Shown one piece after another: positions 26,349 through 39,603 of a stretch of 64,000 nt of DNA; positions within the stretch are counted from its first letter, which is position 1; the number at the start of each line of letters is the position of its first letter. Both the position numbers and the translations under genes were made by a program. The notes beneath the pieces are model-generated. The model ran no database searches. It had not been told where the DNA came from and saw only the letters and a list, made by a program, of their open reading frames with translations. The DNA comes from Octopus bimaculoides (taxonomy: Eukaryota), in contig NC_068983.1 of the NCBI RefSeq assembly GCF_001194135.2, positions 8,516,919 to 8,580,918 on the forward strand, written 5' to 3'.

Positions 26349-26570
26349 GCATGTATGTATGTATGTATGTTTGTGTTTTCCCCCTCTATCACTTAGCAAC
26401 GGATGTCGGTGTGATTACGTAGCGGTTTGCCAAAAACAGTCGATAGCATAAGTAGCATACTTACAAGAAATAAGTCCTGGGATCGATTTGTTCGACTAAC
26501 GGCAGTGCTCCAGCATGGCCACAGTCCAATGATTGATGCAAATGAATGAATAAAGGAATAAAAGAAAAAA
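26132..26570 (+). mobile_element. Full-length tRNA-derived SINE (family B) with internal (AT)/(ATGT) microsatellite
   Basis: tggctgtgtggtaagaag (A-box), ggttccgagttcagtc (B-box), ggcagtgctccagcatggccacagtc near the 3' end, and an (A/AAAG)-rich tail. Confidence 0.9.
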
Positions 26571-26970
26571 AATCAGACACGAACTAATAATTCCGTTAGT
26601 ATCGAAACTTCGTAAAATGGTTTTACCACCAAACTCAGTCATTTCCCGGAAAAGCTGGAGCAGCATTTCACTGTACTTTTAGCCTTATTTACTTTTAGAT
26701 AAGTTATTTAATTATTTCTCGATTAGATTTTTCGTTTATATTTAGATTAAAACTTTCGAAATGTTAATTAGGTTTACATGGAGCTATACGCAAATGTATA
26801 CAAAAACACTTCACTACTTAGCTACAGGCAGTCATATATGTATATGTGTATACATTCATATATATACATATATATGTGTATGTAAATTATTATTCTCGTG
26901 ATTATTTGCTTCGTACTTATACACACACACACGCACACACACACATACACACACACACCCACACACATAC

Positions 26971-27007
<37 letters not shown>

Positions 27008-27089
27008 CAGAGATACAGAGAGCGAGATAGAGATAAATAGATAGATAGATAGATATATAGATAGATAGATATGAGTATGGCAGCTTTCA

Positions 27090-28041
27090 AAGTATCTTTG
27101 GTGTTACGGGCGTGTTCATAGACTTCTCTCTCTATAAAACGCTCCACATGTAATAGTCCAATGGATTGAGGCCTGGGGAATTAGGATGCCAAATGGTAGG
27201 GGTTATGTGATCATGAAAATTATTCAGCCATCCATTCCTCTGTTACTAGAGGTATGTGTGATAGTGCGGAGTATTTCTGAAACGCACATGGCCTTCCATT
27301 GCAAACACTGTCCATCCAGGACTTAGCAATTATTTCCAGGATCTCAATGTAGGCGGCAGGGTTAACTCTAACGCCTTGTGGAAAGAAGTAAGGAGGCATC
27401 GCATATCATTCATTGCTGACAACTCCGAAAGCCATGACAGTTTCAACAAATGTTATATGCGTAACAACTGGAACTTCAGAAGAGTCTTCACATAACCATC
27501 TATCGTTTCTTCTGGTAAATTTCTGATCTTGGTCGAAGTTTGTCTCGTTTGAGAAAAACCAAATGAAGTCTGCTGAATTTTTCAGTTTGTTTAAGAGTAT
27601 TTTAGAGCTTATGTTGAGATTTTCTTTTAATCTTTCCTCATCATACAAGACTTATATCTGATGTCTTCGTGGACAACATTTCTGACACATGGAGAGCTTG
27701 TGCAATTGGCCTCATGATCTTTCTGGGATTAAAATCAATGGTCTGTTGAATTTACTGGATAAATTCGAGTGTTCTGATGATTTCAGAGCGTTTAAAATGT
27801 ACTTTTTTTTGTTTTGATACTGGTAATACGCTTCCATTTCCTGTCTCTAGCACCTTACATACTTTGTAGATGAAAGATCTGGCAACTTTTAGAAATCGAG
27901 GTATTTCTAAGTCGCTATGTTTATCCATTATATCCACAATAACAGCATGCCACTTCATTCCTTGAGTAAGCTGAGGGTCTGCCTTTAGTATTCTCTGAAA
28001 CGAAGATTTATAAAGAGTTAGCAAAAAATGCAGTAATGCAG

Positions 28042-28060
<19 letters not shown>
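27090..28060 (-). pseudogene. maT-type (DD37D) IS630/Tc1/mariner transposase pseudogene
   Basis: N-terminal HTH region (VIVDIMDKHSDLEIPRFLKVARSFIYKV), WFFSNETNFDQDQKFTRRNDRW, MPPYFFPQG, FQKYSA...WHPNSPGLNPLDYYMW. After correcting one frameshift, 37 residues separate the second catalytic position from the last D. Confidence 0.88.
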
Positions 28061-28078
<18 letters not shown>

Positions 28079-28949
28079 CTGCAAAAGCGACTGATCCAAC
28101 AACAGTTCAGTTGAGAAAAAAGAATTCCTAGGATATGTTCTCTAACGCATTCCAATGAAAATACAATTCCAACAGTTCTTACTTTAGGCATTCCAAAATA
28201 TTACAAAGAAACTCATTAGATAGCTACATTCAAGATAAAAAGAGAGGAGTAAAAAAAAGACGAAGTAAAAAATGAAAAGGCAATCTCTAGTGTAGAATCA
28301 TTTAGAATCACATCAAGAGCAAAAGCTTGCACAGAAAATCACAAACCGTGCACTTTTCTTACGAATAAAAATCCCATCGTGCTCTTCACCAAAGGTTAGA
28401 GAATCACTGAAGTTAAACCTATTCTGCATTCCTAAAACCTATAAAACATTCTATCATGTCAACATCACAAGCTGCTAACACTTCCGTAAATGTAACATTA
28501 ATTCTAAATATATTTACAGCGTTCCTTACGAGTTTACCACTTTTGTGCATAATTTATTTTACCCATCTTTATTTCTTTATTCTCAAAGATACTCGGGCGC
28601 GCGCGCGCACACACACACACATACACACACGCACACACACACACACACACACACATACACACACACACATGATTTGAAGCTTGAACCAGTTACTCAATGA
28701 CCTATCAATAATCCGTGATGCGTAGAAGTACTTTTCACTTATATTCCTGTCACCTATTTCGTGTTACGTATGCATGCATGCAGGTTAGCTGCCGTACACC
28801 TGTTTGTTGTCGTCATTGTCCGCTTCGTTATCGAATGTGTATAACTCTGCATGCAACACACTTTTAAGTGATGCATATACACTCGCACACCTATATGCAT
28901 ACCTATATACACACATACACACATATATATATTTATATATATATATTAT

Positions 28950-29450
28950 ATAATACAATAATAATATTTTCCAGCGAAATAAAGTACTGTAAAGTTAGAA
29001 TTATAAATAGGAAATAGTGGCACAACATGGTACCAATTTTTGCTGGAAATAGCAGTCGATAATCCTTCGACGCTAGGTAAAGCTTCACTGAACGTATGCA
29101 AGACAATTTACTTCTATAGCCAACGTGATGCTCTTTAGCTTCCTGGTTCCTGTGATGCTCAGAATATTGCAGTTTCTTTAAATATTTTGCATGCGACTGA
29201 AATCCTATCATATCCGACCTTCAGGCTTTTCTACGACATAACCTTACCTGCTCAGCATATTTCATTTACTTCCTTTCCTTCCCCTACTCAATATAAACGT
29301 ACCTGTGAATTGAAATTCCAAGACGTGTTATCTGTTATGTATTCACGCGGAGAGCATCGCAACTGGCCTTACATTTGCTGAACCAATTTCTAGAAACTTC
29401 GGCTCCATCGTAAATTTCGTCATATTCTTGTGTCATGAGTCGTATGCCCT
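28950..29450 (-). mobile_element. Possible highly decayed mariner remnant
   Basis: Weak motifs only: AEVSRNWFSKC (cf. TxQNWFxKF) and YLASKDYRLLF (cf. DLAPSDYHLF). Confidence 0.3.
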
Positions 29451-30136
29451 GGCAGCTGAGTTTATCGGAAGGGGTAATATTCACAAAAGCGACACTCTTC
29501 TTCAATGTGTACAGGCCCACGCAAGTTCCACAGTGTCTGCTATGAATTTCAGGCAATGTTCATGCCTCTAGGGATTGCGTTCCTGTCCAAGATTTTCTGG
29601 GATGCTACAAAGGTTTTAAGCATTTCAAAACGTTATTGTAGATAAAACAATACGGACAGCCACTTTCTACGCTCTTAATGTGAAAAAACTTCGTTGACGT
29701 CTGTGCAAAAATGGTATTTTTTAGATGGGTGTTCAACAACACATTAAAATGTCTGCTAAGGAGTTCAGTACTGTGTTTTCGCACATTTCTCTTATGGGAA
29801 AGTGTGTTGAGATCATTATTTAACCCACGATAAAATTTTGTTTAGTTTTACCTGTTTTCTGTCCCGCGTTTCAGTTATTTGACTGCAGGTCTCGTGGGAT
29901 ACCACCTTGAAATGTTTAGTAAAAGAAATCAACGCTAGAATTTCTATTCCGACAAACCCTCAACACACTGTGGGACAATCACTCGGAGATGTTTTTTTTA
30001 AATTTTTTATTTGCCATGTCAATAGCATTTAAAAAACCTATTCGCATTCTTATTTCAACCTCAGTCAAGCTTTGTTATAGTTAAATTATATGCCGTGCAT
30101 AAAATATATATCTACTTATTTCTCTCTCTTTCACTT

Positions 30137-30174
<38 letters not shown>

Positions 30175-30284
30175 NNNNNNNNNNNNNNNNNNNNNNNNNN
30201 NNNNNNNNNNNNNNNNNNNNNNNNNNNNNNNNNNNNNNNNNNNNNNNNNNNNNNNNNNNNNNNNNNNNNNNNNNNNNNNNTATA

Positions 30285-30430
30285 TATAGGGAGAGTTCAC
30301 GAAAAAACAACAGACGAAGACAGGTGGTGTAGACAACAAATGGATGTATTAGTATAACGCTCGGAAATAGAGAAAGACTTTAACGTTCCGAGCTTACGCT
30401 CTTCAATACAAAGAAACAAGGAGAGAAAAA
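30285..30430 (-). mobile_element. Penelope-like terminal repeat fragment
   Basis: The reverse complement contains tattgaagagcgtaagctcggaacgtt, an HHR-like core of the kind found in Penelope pLTRs, and sits next to a microsatellite. Confidence 0.55.
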
Positions 30431-31418
30431 ATGTGTGTAGTGGTCAGCGATATATATATCAGTCTATGTGACCATTTATATATATCACATCTATTTCTCT
30501 TTCGCTCTTTTCTATGTGACTACAAATATGTGTGTGTATCGATATAAATATATATATACACATACATGTGTGTGCGTGTTTATATGCGTTTGCATCTAAG
30601 TATGTTTTGCGTATCCCATTAATTTTTAGAGAAAAGCTGAATGTTGCTTAACTAAGCATTTTTTTATAAGTCAGAGCCAAATTAATCTTTACCTGTGAAA
30701 GATTGTTATCTCATAGTATATTGAGAATATTAGTAAATGAAGTTACACGTTGTAGAAATTTGTATTAAAAATAAAATTAAATTAGCCACCTTTAATCTTT
30801 ACTATTGGGAATCAATTAATATTTGATTCTTCTGAAATCTGAATTAAACTCTTTGCACGGAATGAATCTTGTAAATTGTTATAAAGAGAGAATTACACGT
30901 CAGGTCGATATTTGTCTTTAAATAATAGAACGGAAACAACATCAGCAATAGTGGTAGTGGTGGTGATAGCAGGTAGCAGACTCATCTAATAATAAATTAC
31001 AGCTGTAATTAATTGAACTCTTCAGCTATTTAACCTTTCTATGCCTACACAAGAGAACTATTCACGTTAAACATCTTTAACCTGTGTGTAATTGACGCGT
31101 GTATCTTGTTTCCTGGCCGGGTTGTCGAATGACCTGTATTTAAAGTTTTATTCTAAGCTCTGAATATGAGTGGCACAAATCCAAAATGAAATAAGGAAGA
31201 TCATTTAAGGTTATAAAGCAATTTTAGCGGTGATTCATCAATGTTATATCGATATAGTTCCCATTTTGCTATAAGAATAAAATTACAATTATACAATCTC
31301 TAAATATTCACCAGTTAAAGTTCTATGCACCCATGTTGACTATCCATCGAATACATGAAAACGTTATGTATGTAAGTATGTATATACGTATGTATGCATA
31401 CATACACACACACACACA

Positions 31419-31459
<41 letters not shown>

Positions 31460-31596
31460 ACACACACACACATATATATNNNNNNNNNNNNNNNNNNNNN
31501 NNNNNNNNNNNNNNNNNNNNNNNNNNNNNNNNNNNNNNNNNNNNNNNNNNNNNNNNNNNNNNNNNNNNNNNNNNNNNNNNNNNNNNNNCATGAGTG

Positions 31597-31627
<31 letters not shown>

Positions 31628-31914
31628 TCACACATTCATAGATATGTTTGTGAGCGTATGTATATACATATTATATGTGGTTTTTCTTTGTATTTCTGTT
31701 GAGTATGTACCACGTGGCGTTTGACAACGGCTTTTGTTTTGTTTCCATGTCTATAATATAGCGGTTCGGTAGAAGATAATTATAGAAAAAAACTACTTTA
31801 AAAAATAAGTATTGGCTGCAGTCTAATGACTTAAATAAATATCAGGCACATACATATATTCATACGTGCGTAAACAGACAGACACACGCACGCTCACATA
31901 CGCACGCAGACACA

Positions 31915-32030
31915 ATGTGGTGCTTAAAATCTTCTGGCTTTGCGTAAAAGAAGATACATGAGGATCAGTTAATTTTGATTTTATTCAACATATTCCCCTC
32001 TCAGATTCACACACTTATTGCAGTGTGATA
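31915..32030 (+). mobile_element. Mariner-like terminal fragment
   Basis: gtgcttaaaatcttctggctttgcgtaaaagaagatacatgaggatcagttaattttgatttttattcaacatattcccctctcagattcacacac resembles a mariner end sequence (recall only). Confidence 0.4.
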
Positions 32031-33159
32031 CCCTTAAAAATAGGAACTAGATGCCCTAAGCATTAGTAAACTTTCGAGAAGATGGAATTATTTCTTTTGG
32101 GATTAGATCTTGATGTACTTATAAAACTATAAATAAAAGAATGTAGATAAATATTGGGCTGAAAACACACTTCACGCCCGTGTGTGGGAACCTACGTAGT
32201 CGTGCAATACTAGCAAAACACCTCTCCCCGTAAACTTCACCCTCTTCAAAACGCTAAAACAGATCAGAAAATATTGGCTAATGATGATTTACGTGATTGA
32301 AAAATCGGATCTTCTTTACTTAGTTACCTTTCGTCATCGACAAGTTTAAGTATGATTAATTTAAGAATATAAAAAAGAAAGCGTTAATGAAACTAATGCG
32401 TTTATAAAACACGCTAGACTTTCAACAAGAAGATACAAGGAAATTATACATGCACACGATTAATCAGAGAACTTGGCAGAGAATGCAAACTATCCGCAGG
32501 TAAACTTTCTTCATTATTCAATGTATATTTGATTTTCTATTTAGTAATTCTGGTCCCTTATTTGATTTAAATTTCTGATTGTTTTAAATATACAAGTTTA
32601 TCATGGGCGAAAGGACTACATATTCAATTAAGGGGAAAATTTATTACAAAGTCTAACATTGCGGGCAACATTCATTCGCGCTGTTCATATAGTAATGCCA
32701 GTAACTATTCTATTTTGTTATCTCCGATGATCGTGCCTTGCCCTGATCTGTTAATTCCTCGACTTGTTCACATTCATTTCCCTTTTGGCTGCATTTGGGG
32801 ACACACACACAGACGCACATACACACACATCCTTAATCGTATGATGATAGATTACAAGAATGTTATGGGGATAAATAACAGCAATAAAAATATCTCTTTC
32901 AATTTTTATCACAATGCGAGCAAGTTTAGCAGAGAGGATAAGTCGATGACGTCAATCCCAATGTTCAATTTATACTTACATTATTGACCTCCTGAGGAAT
33001 AAAAGGCAAATAGGTTCTCGGTAGAATTTAAAAAGAGGACATAAATAGCCGGATGAATTCTAGATAATCGTTTTCTTTGACATGCAATCGATTCTACAAG
33101 CTCGTCACCTTAGAAATAACAATAATCCACTGTACTATAAGAAGAGGTTGGACATTTGG

Positions 33160-33325
33160 AGGAAAAGGATAGTCGATTATGTCAACACCAGTGCATGGTT
33201 GGTACTTATTTCATCGCCCCGAAAAGGGAAAATCGATCTCAGTGAAATTTGAACTCTAAATGTAACGACAGATAAAATGCTGTTAAGAATTTTGTCCAGA
33301 GTGCTACAGATTTTGCCTGCTCGCC
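33160..33325 (-). mobile_element. SINE (family A), degenerate
   Basis: gtcgattatgtcaacaccagtgc..ggtacttatttcatcg..gatctcagtgaaatttgaactc matches family A. Confidence 0.8.
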
Positions 33326-36300
33326 GTTCAAAAATAACAGAAATAATAGTAAAATAGGTTACAAATTTCTGTTCTTTTGCCGAACAGCTAACATATGGGA
33401 ACATAAACACAGACTTCAAATCGAGGGTCTCATCTCTCACAGCAGCAAAGTAGCGAGTATTTCGTGATTCTAAAATAAACAACGCTTAATGTATACTTTT
33501 CGGGTTTATTCCTGAAAAGTATTTTGAATATCTGCCTTGTAGCAGCAACGTATGCGTTACCAAGTTACTAATGGAATATTTAATTGCATTGTATACCTGC
33601 TAGAATATTTAATTGCTTTGGAGAGAATATTTAATTGCTTTGTAGACCTGCCCACATATTTCTCAAATTCTCACGACCTTAAAGAATGGACATTTTGTGT
33701 AAGTGTCATAAATTTCTTTATGAAACATCGGACAGGGCACAATTAGAACATTTTTAATCGATTAGGATTGATCTGACATCGATCAGCAATAACAACAAAT
33801 TTTAGGTATCAGTTGGTTGCAGAGTATATTCATAAGTAAAATAAGTTATTTTTGTTATTTTTTTCATACCTCAAGGTGATACAAAGTGTCATCACAATTT
33901 GGTCTACACACCGAAAACTAAAATGCAACGATTATATTACAAACTTTAGGTGGTCATCGGTTTGCTAGTTGTAGTACTCAACATATCTCTTGTTATACAA
34001 ACGCATACGGAATAGTCAACTCCTTAACAGGTTTTTGGTCATAATACTGCTCACAAAGATTTGCCTAGCATTAATAAACAACAACAAAAGCGATTTGTTA
34101 TGACATTTTTATATGTTTATATCCCCCAAAAGTATAACTTATGTGACGAAAAATTTTCAATGATAAAATTACATTGAGTGAATTAAATTTTCTGTTTTGC
34201 TATTTCCTATTCGCCTATATCGCCACGTATTCTTGGTGCAAAATTATATTTTAGCCTTGTCTATACAATAGCTGATGTCTATACAATAGCTTCTTAACAG
34301 GAATCCTTGTATGTCTTTGTATACTGGTAGCACATTAATTGTAGTGAATTTCGCTTTGATTATATAAAATTCACTATCTGATGAATATTTGCCTATATGA
34401 TTGTGTCACTAATTAGCTTTGTATCGAATATCCATTTACCAACTTGTATTGACAAAGTGTAATTTTGTTAGTCTAATAAAATCCTGTCAGTTGATATTGT
34501 GCTTTAATTAGAAAGAAACATATAGACATATTCTATCTGACACGAAATTAATCTAACAAAATATTTCAGATGGAATATTGCCGTTAACAATATACTTCTC
34601 ACTAGCAAATATTCACAGATTGCTATAATTTAATATGTACGACTCTCACCTAGCATTAGGTCATAATATATACTTTTATTCTACAATAAAGAGGAGAATC
34701 TTCAAAGAAACTTGCTTTGAAAATAATTACCCAACATGATTTTTACATCACGCTTGCTGTAAAATAACGCTTTTCATTATAATTAATAGCTTTCTCTGCA
34801 AGCATTGTTATGTCGCTCTGTACGCGAAAACGATTGCATTTGTTAATGATAGGAAAATATACTGATATACTTATAGGTGAATACTAGTTGAGATATATGG
34901 AAGCGAATGAGAATGGAAGAAATCATTATCGGTAATGTCTGTAATTTAAACGTCCTCATTCAAGTCACGTGATTTTATTGGTAAGAACTATGTTGTTGTC
35001 AATTCCAATTAATGGTTGCAGAAGGTAATTATCCTTCGATAATTACCTACCATACCGTATTTTATGATACAGCTCGTATTCGAACGAATCGAAAACTGAT
35101 CAGAGAAGCAATTTCAAAACAAGTATTCTATCCTTGCTTTGTAATTTCATTCTCTTTATTACGAAGAAACAATATAATATTTTCGAAAAGTTATTTCGCA
35201 AAGAACCAAATTACCGTTACAATGTACAAAGCTTTATAGTTCCCATAAAAATTTCACAAAATGATTTCCATAAAAGAGAGTTACATTACTTCTCTGTGAT
35301 TGATCAAACACAATGTAAAGGTTTAAAATTTGACCTTTTCACAATATGCTATAAAGCAAAAATAAGTAGAATACAGTATTTAATGATTTTCACTATCTCT
35401 TTGTGCATGTCCCTTTTTCCGAGCTAAAATTCCGTCGAAATCATTTTAGTATTTAATTCGTTTGAAGTTAAGGAAATCTGTACCAGTAACTATCTTTATA
35501 ATAGTAATTGTCATACGGACACACAAATGTTCGATTTTTAAAAAATCCTTTTAATTGATACTAAAATAAGTGAGGCATAAATATATGTGTCATAGATATA
35601 TGGGTAAGAAGTTGTTTAGGCAAAGCTGTGTATTCGGGTTCGAGTTAACCTCAGGCAGCTTAGAATTTTTTTTTCTGCCATAGTCCTAGCTTCACGAAAT
35701 CCATGTCAGTGGAATGCAATTATTAGAAACTGTAGTTTTGTGTTTGCGTGTGTGTGTTGCTCTACTTGTGGATGCAGGCATACGTGTATGTACTATTTGA
35801 TTCTTTGTCTGAAGAATTTTTGTAGAGCTATTATACATGATTTGTTGCACCAAACATAAACTAATCCTTTTGTAGTCCAGATTGTCCTCAATATGAGGTT
35901 TCATACGTACCCCTTCCTTGTACGCACAATTTTATAGCATCTTGTACTATATAATCCATGCCAGTAACTTCCTTTATTTAAGATTATGGGTTGTGACTTA
36001 TATGTGCTACAGTTAATAAACGTAGGCTGGAACACAAAAATTCCTGCTTCGTCGCGTAGGTCAAGTCACATAATTATCAGCAATAAATGTACATAACGAA
36101 AACGCCCTATGTTCTAGAATCGACATGTTTTTCAGTTAGGCTTATAATAGCTTCACTTCAGTATCCTGCGTAACATCAATCACTAGAATAGCATATTATC
36201 ATTAAATATATTATAACTACTTCAATGTAAATTCTAAAGTAAAGGATGCATTGTACCATACTTTAGCTGTAACGTATGCATATGAATAGACCCCATTTTT

Positions 36301-36340
36301 CAGCATGCATGTATTTCAATATATAAAGACACATGCGCAT

Positions 36341-36371
<31 letters not shown>

Positions 36372-36792
36372 NNNNNNNNNNNNNNNNNNNNNNNNNNNNN
36401 NNNNNNNNNNNNNNNNNNNNNNNNNNNNNNNNNNNNNNNNNNNNNNNNNNNNNNNNNNNNNNNNNNNNNNNNNNNNNNNNNNNNNNNNNNNNNNNNNNNN
36501 NNNNNNNNNNNNNNNNNNNNNNNNNNNNNNNNNNNNNNNNNNNNNNNNNNNNNNNNNNNNNNNNNNNNNNNNNNNNNNNNNNNNNNNNNNNNNNNNNNNN
36601 NNNNNNNNNNNNNNNNNNNNNNNNNNNNNNNNNNNNNNNNNNNNNNNNNNNNNNNNNNNNNNNNNNNNNNNNNNNNNNNNNNNNNNNNNNNNNNNNNNNN
36701 NNNNNNNNNNNNNNNNNNNNNNNNNNNNNNNNNNNNNNNNNNNNNNNNNNNNNNNNNNNNNNNNNNNNNNNNNNNNNNNNNNNNNNNNNNNN

Positions 36793-36825
<33 letters not shown>

Positions 36826-37224
36826 GTATACTATTTGTATTATCTGGTGATACCCGGAAAAACAAGGGTTATTTCCACTTCCCATTCTCATTACACTGTT
36901 CCATGTCCTACTATACCGTTCCCTGTTCAGTTCTCGTTTTATTTCCGTTTCCATTCCTATCCCGAATCTTTTGTCAATATATAAAAATTTTCATGTAATT
37001 TTTAAATCTCATAATTTGTGACAGTAATATGGATAACCTACAAATGTAGAGAGTCAGACAGTAATAGGACGTGGCACACACAAACACACACACGCGCGCG
37101 CGCGCGCGCACAAAGACACACACATATGCACACACACAAATGGACACACACGAACGCGCACGTACACACACAAATTTTAAAACGTACACACAGGTAATCA
37201 CGAGTTTAAAATGGCGTATAGCAG

Positions 37225-37508
37225 ACACGATTGCATGGTTGTGAGTTCAATTCACGGCGAGGGGCTGTGTCCTTAAGCAACACGTTTTAATTCACGTTGC
37301 ACCAGTCCACTAAGGAGGCAAAAATGAGTAGTACCTGTATTTCAAAGGGCCAGTCTTGTGACACTCTGAGTCACGCTTAATCTCCCTGGGAATTACGTTA
37401 AAAGTACACGTATCTGTGGCGTGCTCAGTCACTTGCACGTTAATTTCATGAGCACGCTGTTCAGTTGATGGTCTGGGACCCTCGTAGTTGTAACCGACGG
37501 AGTGCTCC
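37225..37508 (+). mobile_element. tRNA-derived SINE (family C), near full length
   Basis: ggttgtgagttcaattc (B-box), gtgtccttaagcaacacg...ttgtaaccgacggagtgct, followed by a (TGTA)n tail. Confidence 0.85.
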
Positions 37509-37914
37509 TATGTATGCATGTATGTATGTATGTATGCATGTATGTATGTTTGTGTGTATGTATGTATGTATGAATGAATGTATGGAGGTGAGTGTTTCAT
37601 TGCGATGGAGAGCAGAAAATTCAACAACCCACCTCTCTCCTTAAAGCAACGTATTTCTCACACCCACCTTTCTCTGTATGTATGTGTGTGTGTTTGTGTG
37701 TGTGTGTTTGTGTGTTGTATGTATGTATTGACGAAAGTATGCATGCAGTGTTACGTATATATTACAGCTTTATTAACGTTACATCACATTCACACCGCTG
37801 TTATTGCCTTCATTGATATGTTACCCTCTCTCTGCTACTAGCTTTCCCTCTGTTACTTCCTCAGAATTATATGTTTTGCAACTTTCTCATTTTATCTCAT
37901 AATTCATCCAACGC

Positions 37915-38075
37915 CCTTGAGGGGCATATTAACGATATTTTAGTGAAATACAATTAACCTATTAATGAACCGGATGTTAGTGTTACATGTATGCAAAGTT
38001 TCGTGAATATTGGTTCGGTGGTTTATTCACTAAGCTGGTAACAGACAGACAGAAATTGACATTTATATATATATA
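37915..38075 (+). mobile_element. Non-autonomous Helitron-like (Lep1-type) 3' fragment
   Basis: caaagtttcgtgaatattggttcggtggttt...gtaacagacagacagaaattgacatttt has the characteristic 'caaaxtttcxtxaxxxxxggt...acagacagacag' layout. Confidence 0.45.
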
Positions 38076-38232
38076 AATATATGTATTTAAATACTTGCGT
38101 AAACATATCTATGGAGATATATGTTTATAAACATTTGCGTAGACATATCTGTAGAGATATGTATTATATACATATATATGCATTATATAGTCAATGTATA
38201 ACATATAAGTACATGATATACATACATATGAA

Positions 38233-38266
<34 letters not shown>

Positions 38267-39432
38267 NNNNNNNNNNTGTGTGTGTGTGTGTATGTGTGTG
38301 TGTGTGTGTGTGTGTATGCATGTATATATGTATATGTATAGGTATATATACCTGCATGTCTCTTTGTGTATGTATATATAAATATGTATCACAAATTTTA
38401 CATGTACCTAAAAGTATTGTAAAGTAAAATGTATATTAAAAACTATAATTTTATACTTAGAAATGGATAAAATATCTAGAAATTTATATAAAGTTGTGCA
38501 CAACATTATATCGCTTTCTATATAATATTTTGTTTATTCAATAAGGAATCTATAATTTGATATGAAAATATCAGTAATGGATTAAATGAACTGCAGGATA
38601 CAATTTATGTTTATCTTAATATAAGCAAATGTGGCTCATATTTATATAGACATTTTGAAGAGCAGATATATTATATATGAAATAAATACTCCAAATTACA
38701 ATATTAGCTGTATTGTACATTATTTGTAAGTACTTTCTCCTAATAAATTTCTCATTACGTCTTATATGTCAGAAAGCAATTTAATTATGATTATCTGAAA
38801 TATATACGAATAGAAACAGAAGGCCGGGAAGTATATTCTAGTCTCAAAAGAGTGAACATTAAGCAAAGATATATGATATCATATTCATATTTATAATTCT
38901 GCAATTATTGCCAATTTACACGGTTATGGTAATATTTTACATTACATTATAAATATCAATTTTGGAAATTCATTATGTTGGTAGAAGGATGATTTTACCG
39001 TCACACAGTAATAGCATCTTTCATATATTGTGTTCATACTCCAAACTTCTACCTCTTAACAATACAATTTGCAATTCTGTACACCAGAAAATAATAATGC
39101 AATGCGTATAACAGTATTAGAACCGTGAAATTAACGGATGTCGAGAATATTAAAATACAGACGGCAACATCGAAAGTGTGACGTAAACAGGTTTTTCGTT
39201 GAACGCTAAAGTTAACTTCTTTCAAAGATACGGAGTCCTACTGTTTAGAACAGCAAATAGAATATGCATTTTAACATTAATCCTTTGCATCATTTTTATG
39301 TTTTATGTTCGTTCCATCCATGACAATCCTACCGGTTGCTTGTTTTACATCTCTTATCTAACTTGCTATCGTATTGGTCTCCACTAAGACAGATAGAGAG
39401 AGAGAGGATGAGAGAGTTAATATACGTTTTAA

Positions 39433-39594
39433 CAGCAACTGTAGTTACTATCTAACTCATATTATACATGGCCTGCCCTGTAGTAACATACTAATCATAT
39501 TTCAATCTGCATTTTCCCAACCATAATCCAAACCAACCATATTTCATTCCTTTCCCCTATTTTGTCCTTCACACTGATATCATATCATCATATC
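39433..39594 (+). repeat. 162-bp direct repeat, copy 1 (copy 2 at 40244-40405)
   Basis: Manual alignment shows two substitutions between the copies (ctatct/ctacct; ctgcat/ctgaat). Confidence 0.95.
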
Positions 39595-39603
39595 TCAATC
39601 TGC

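Noticed and set aside
33575-33640. Three copies of gaatatttaattgc (and similar short duplications at 772-796, 34257-34291 and 58545-58572)
   Set aside because: Too short and irregular for a CRISPR-like or functional array; ordinary slippage duplications in a eukaryotic context.
34877-35427. Plus-strand exon chain (MRMEEIII-ARIRTNRKLIREAISKQ-KQYNIFEKL...) and the 97-aa ORF
   Set aside because: It needs a 44-nt intron and a weak donor, ORFs of this length are expected by chance in 64 kb, and I recognise no homology.
38530-39120. Hydrophobic stretches suggestive of a GPCR pseudogene
   Set aside because: No consistent TM motif order, many stops, and consistent with random AT-rich sequence.
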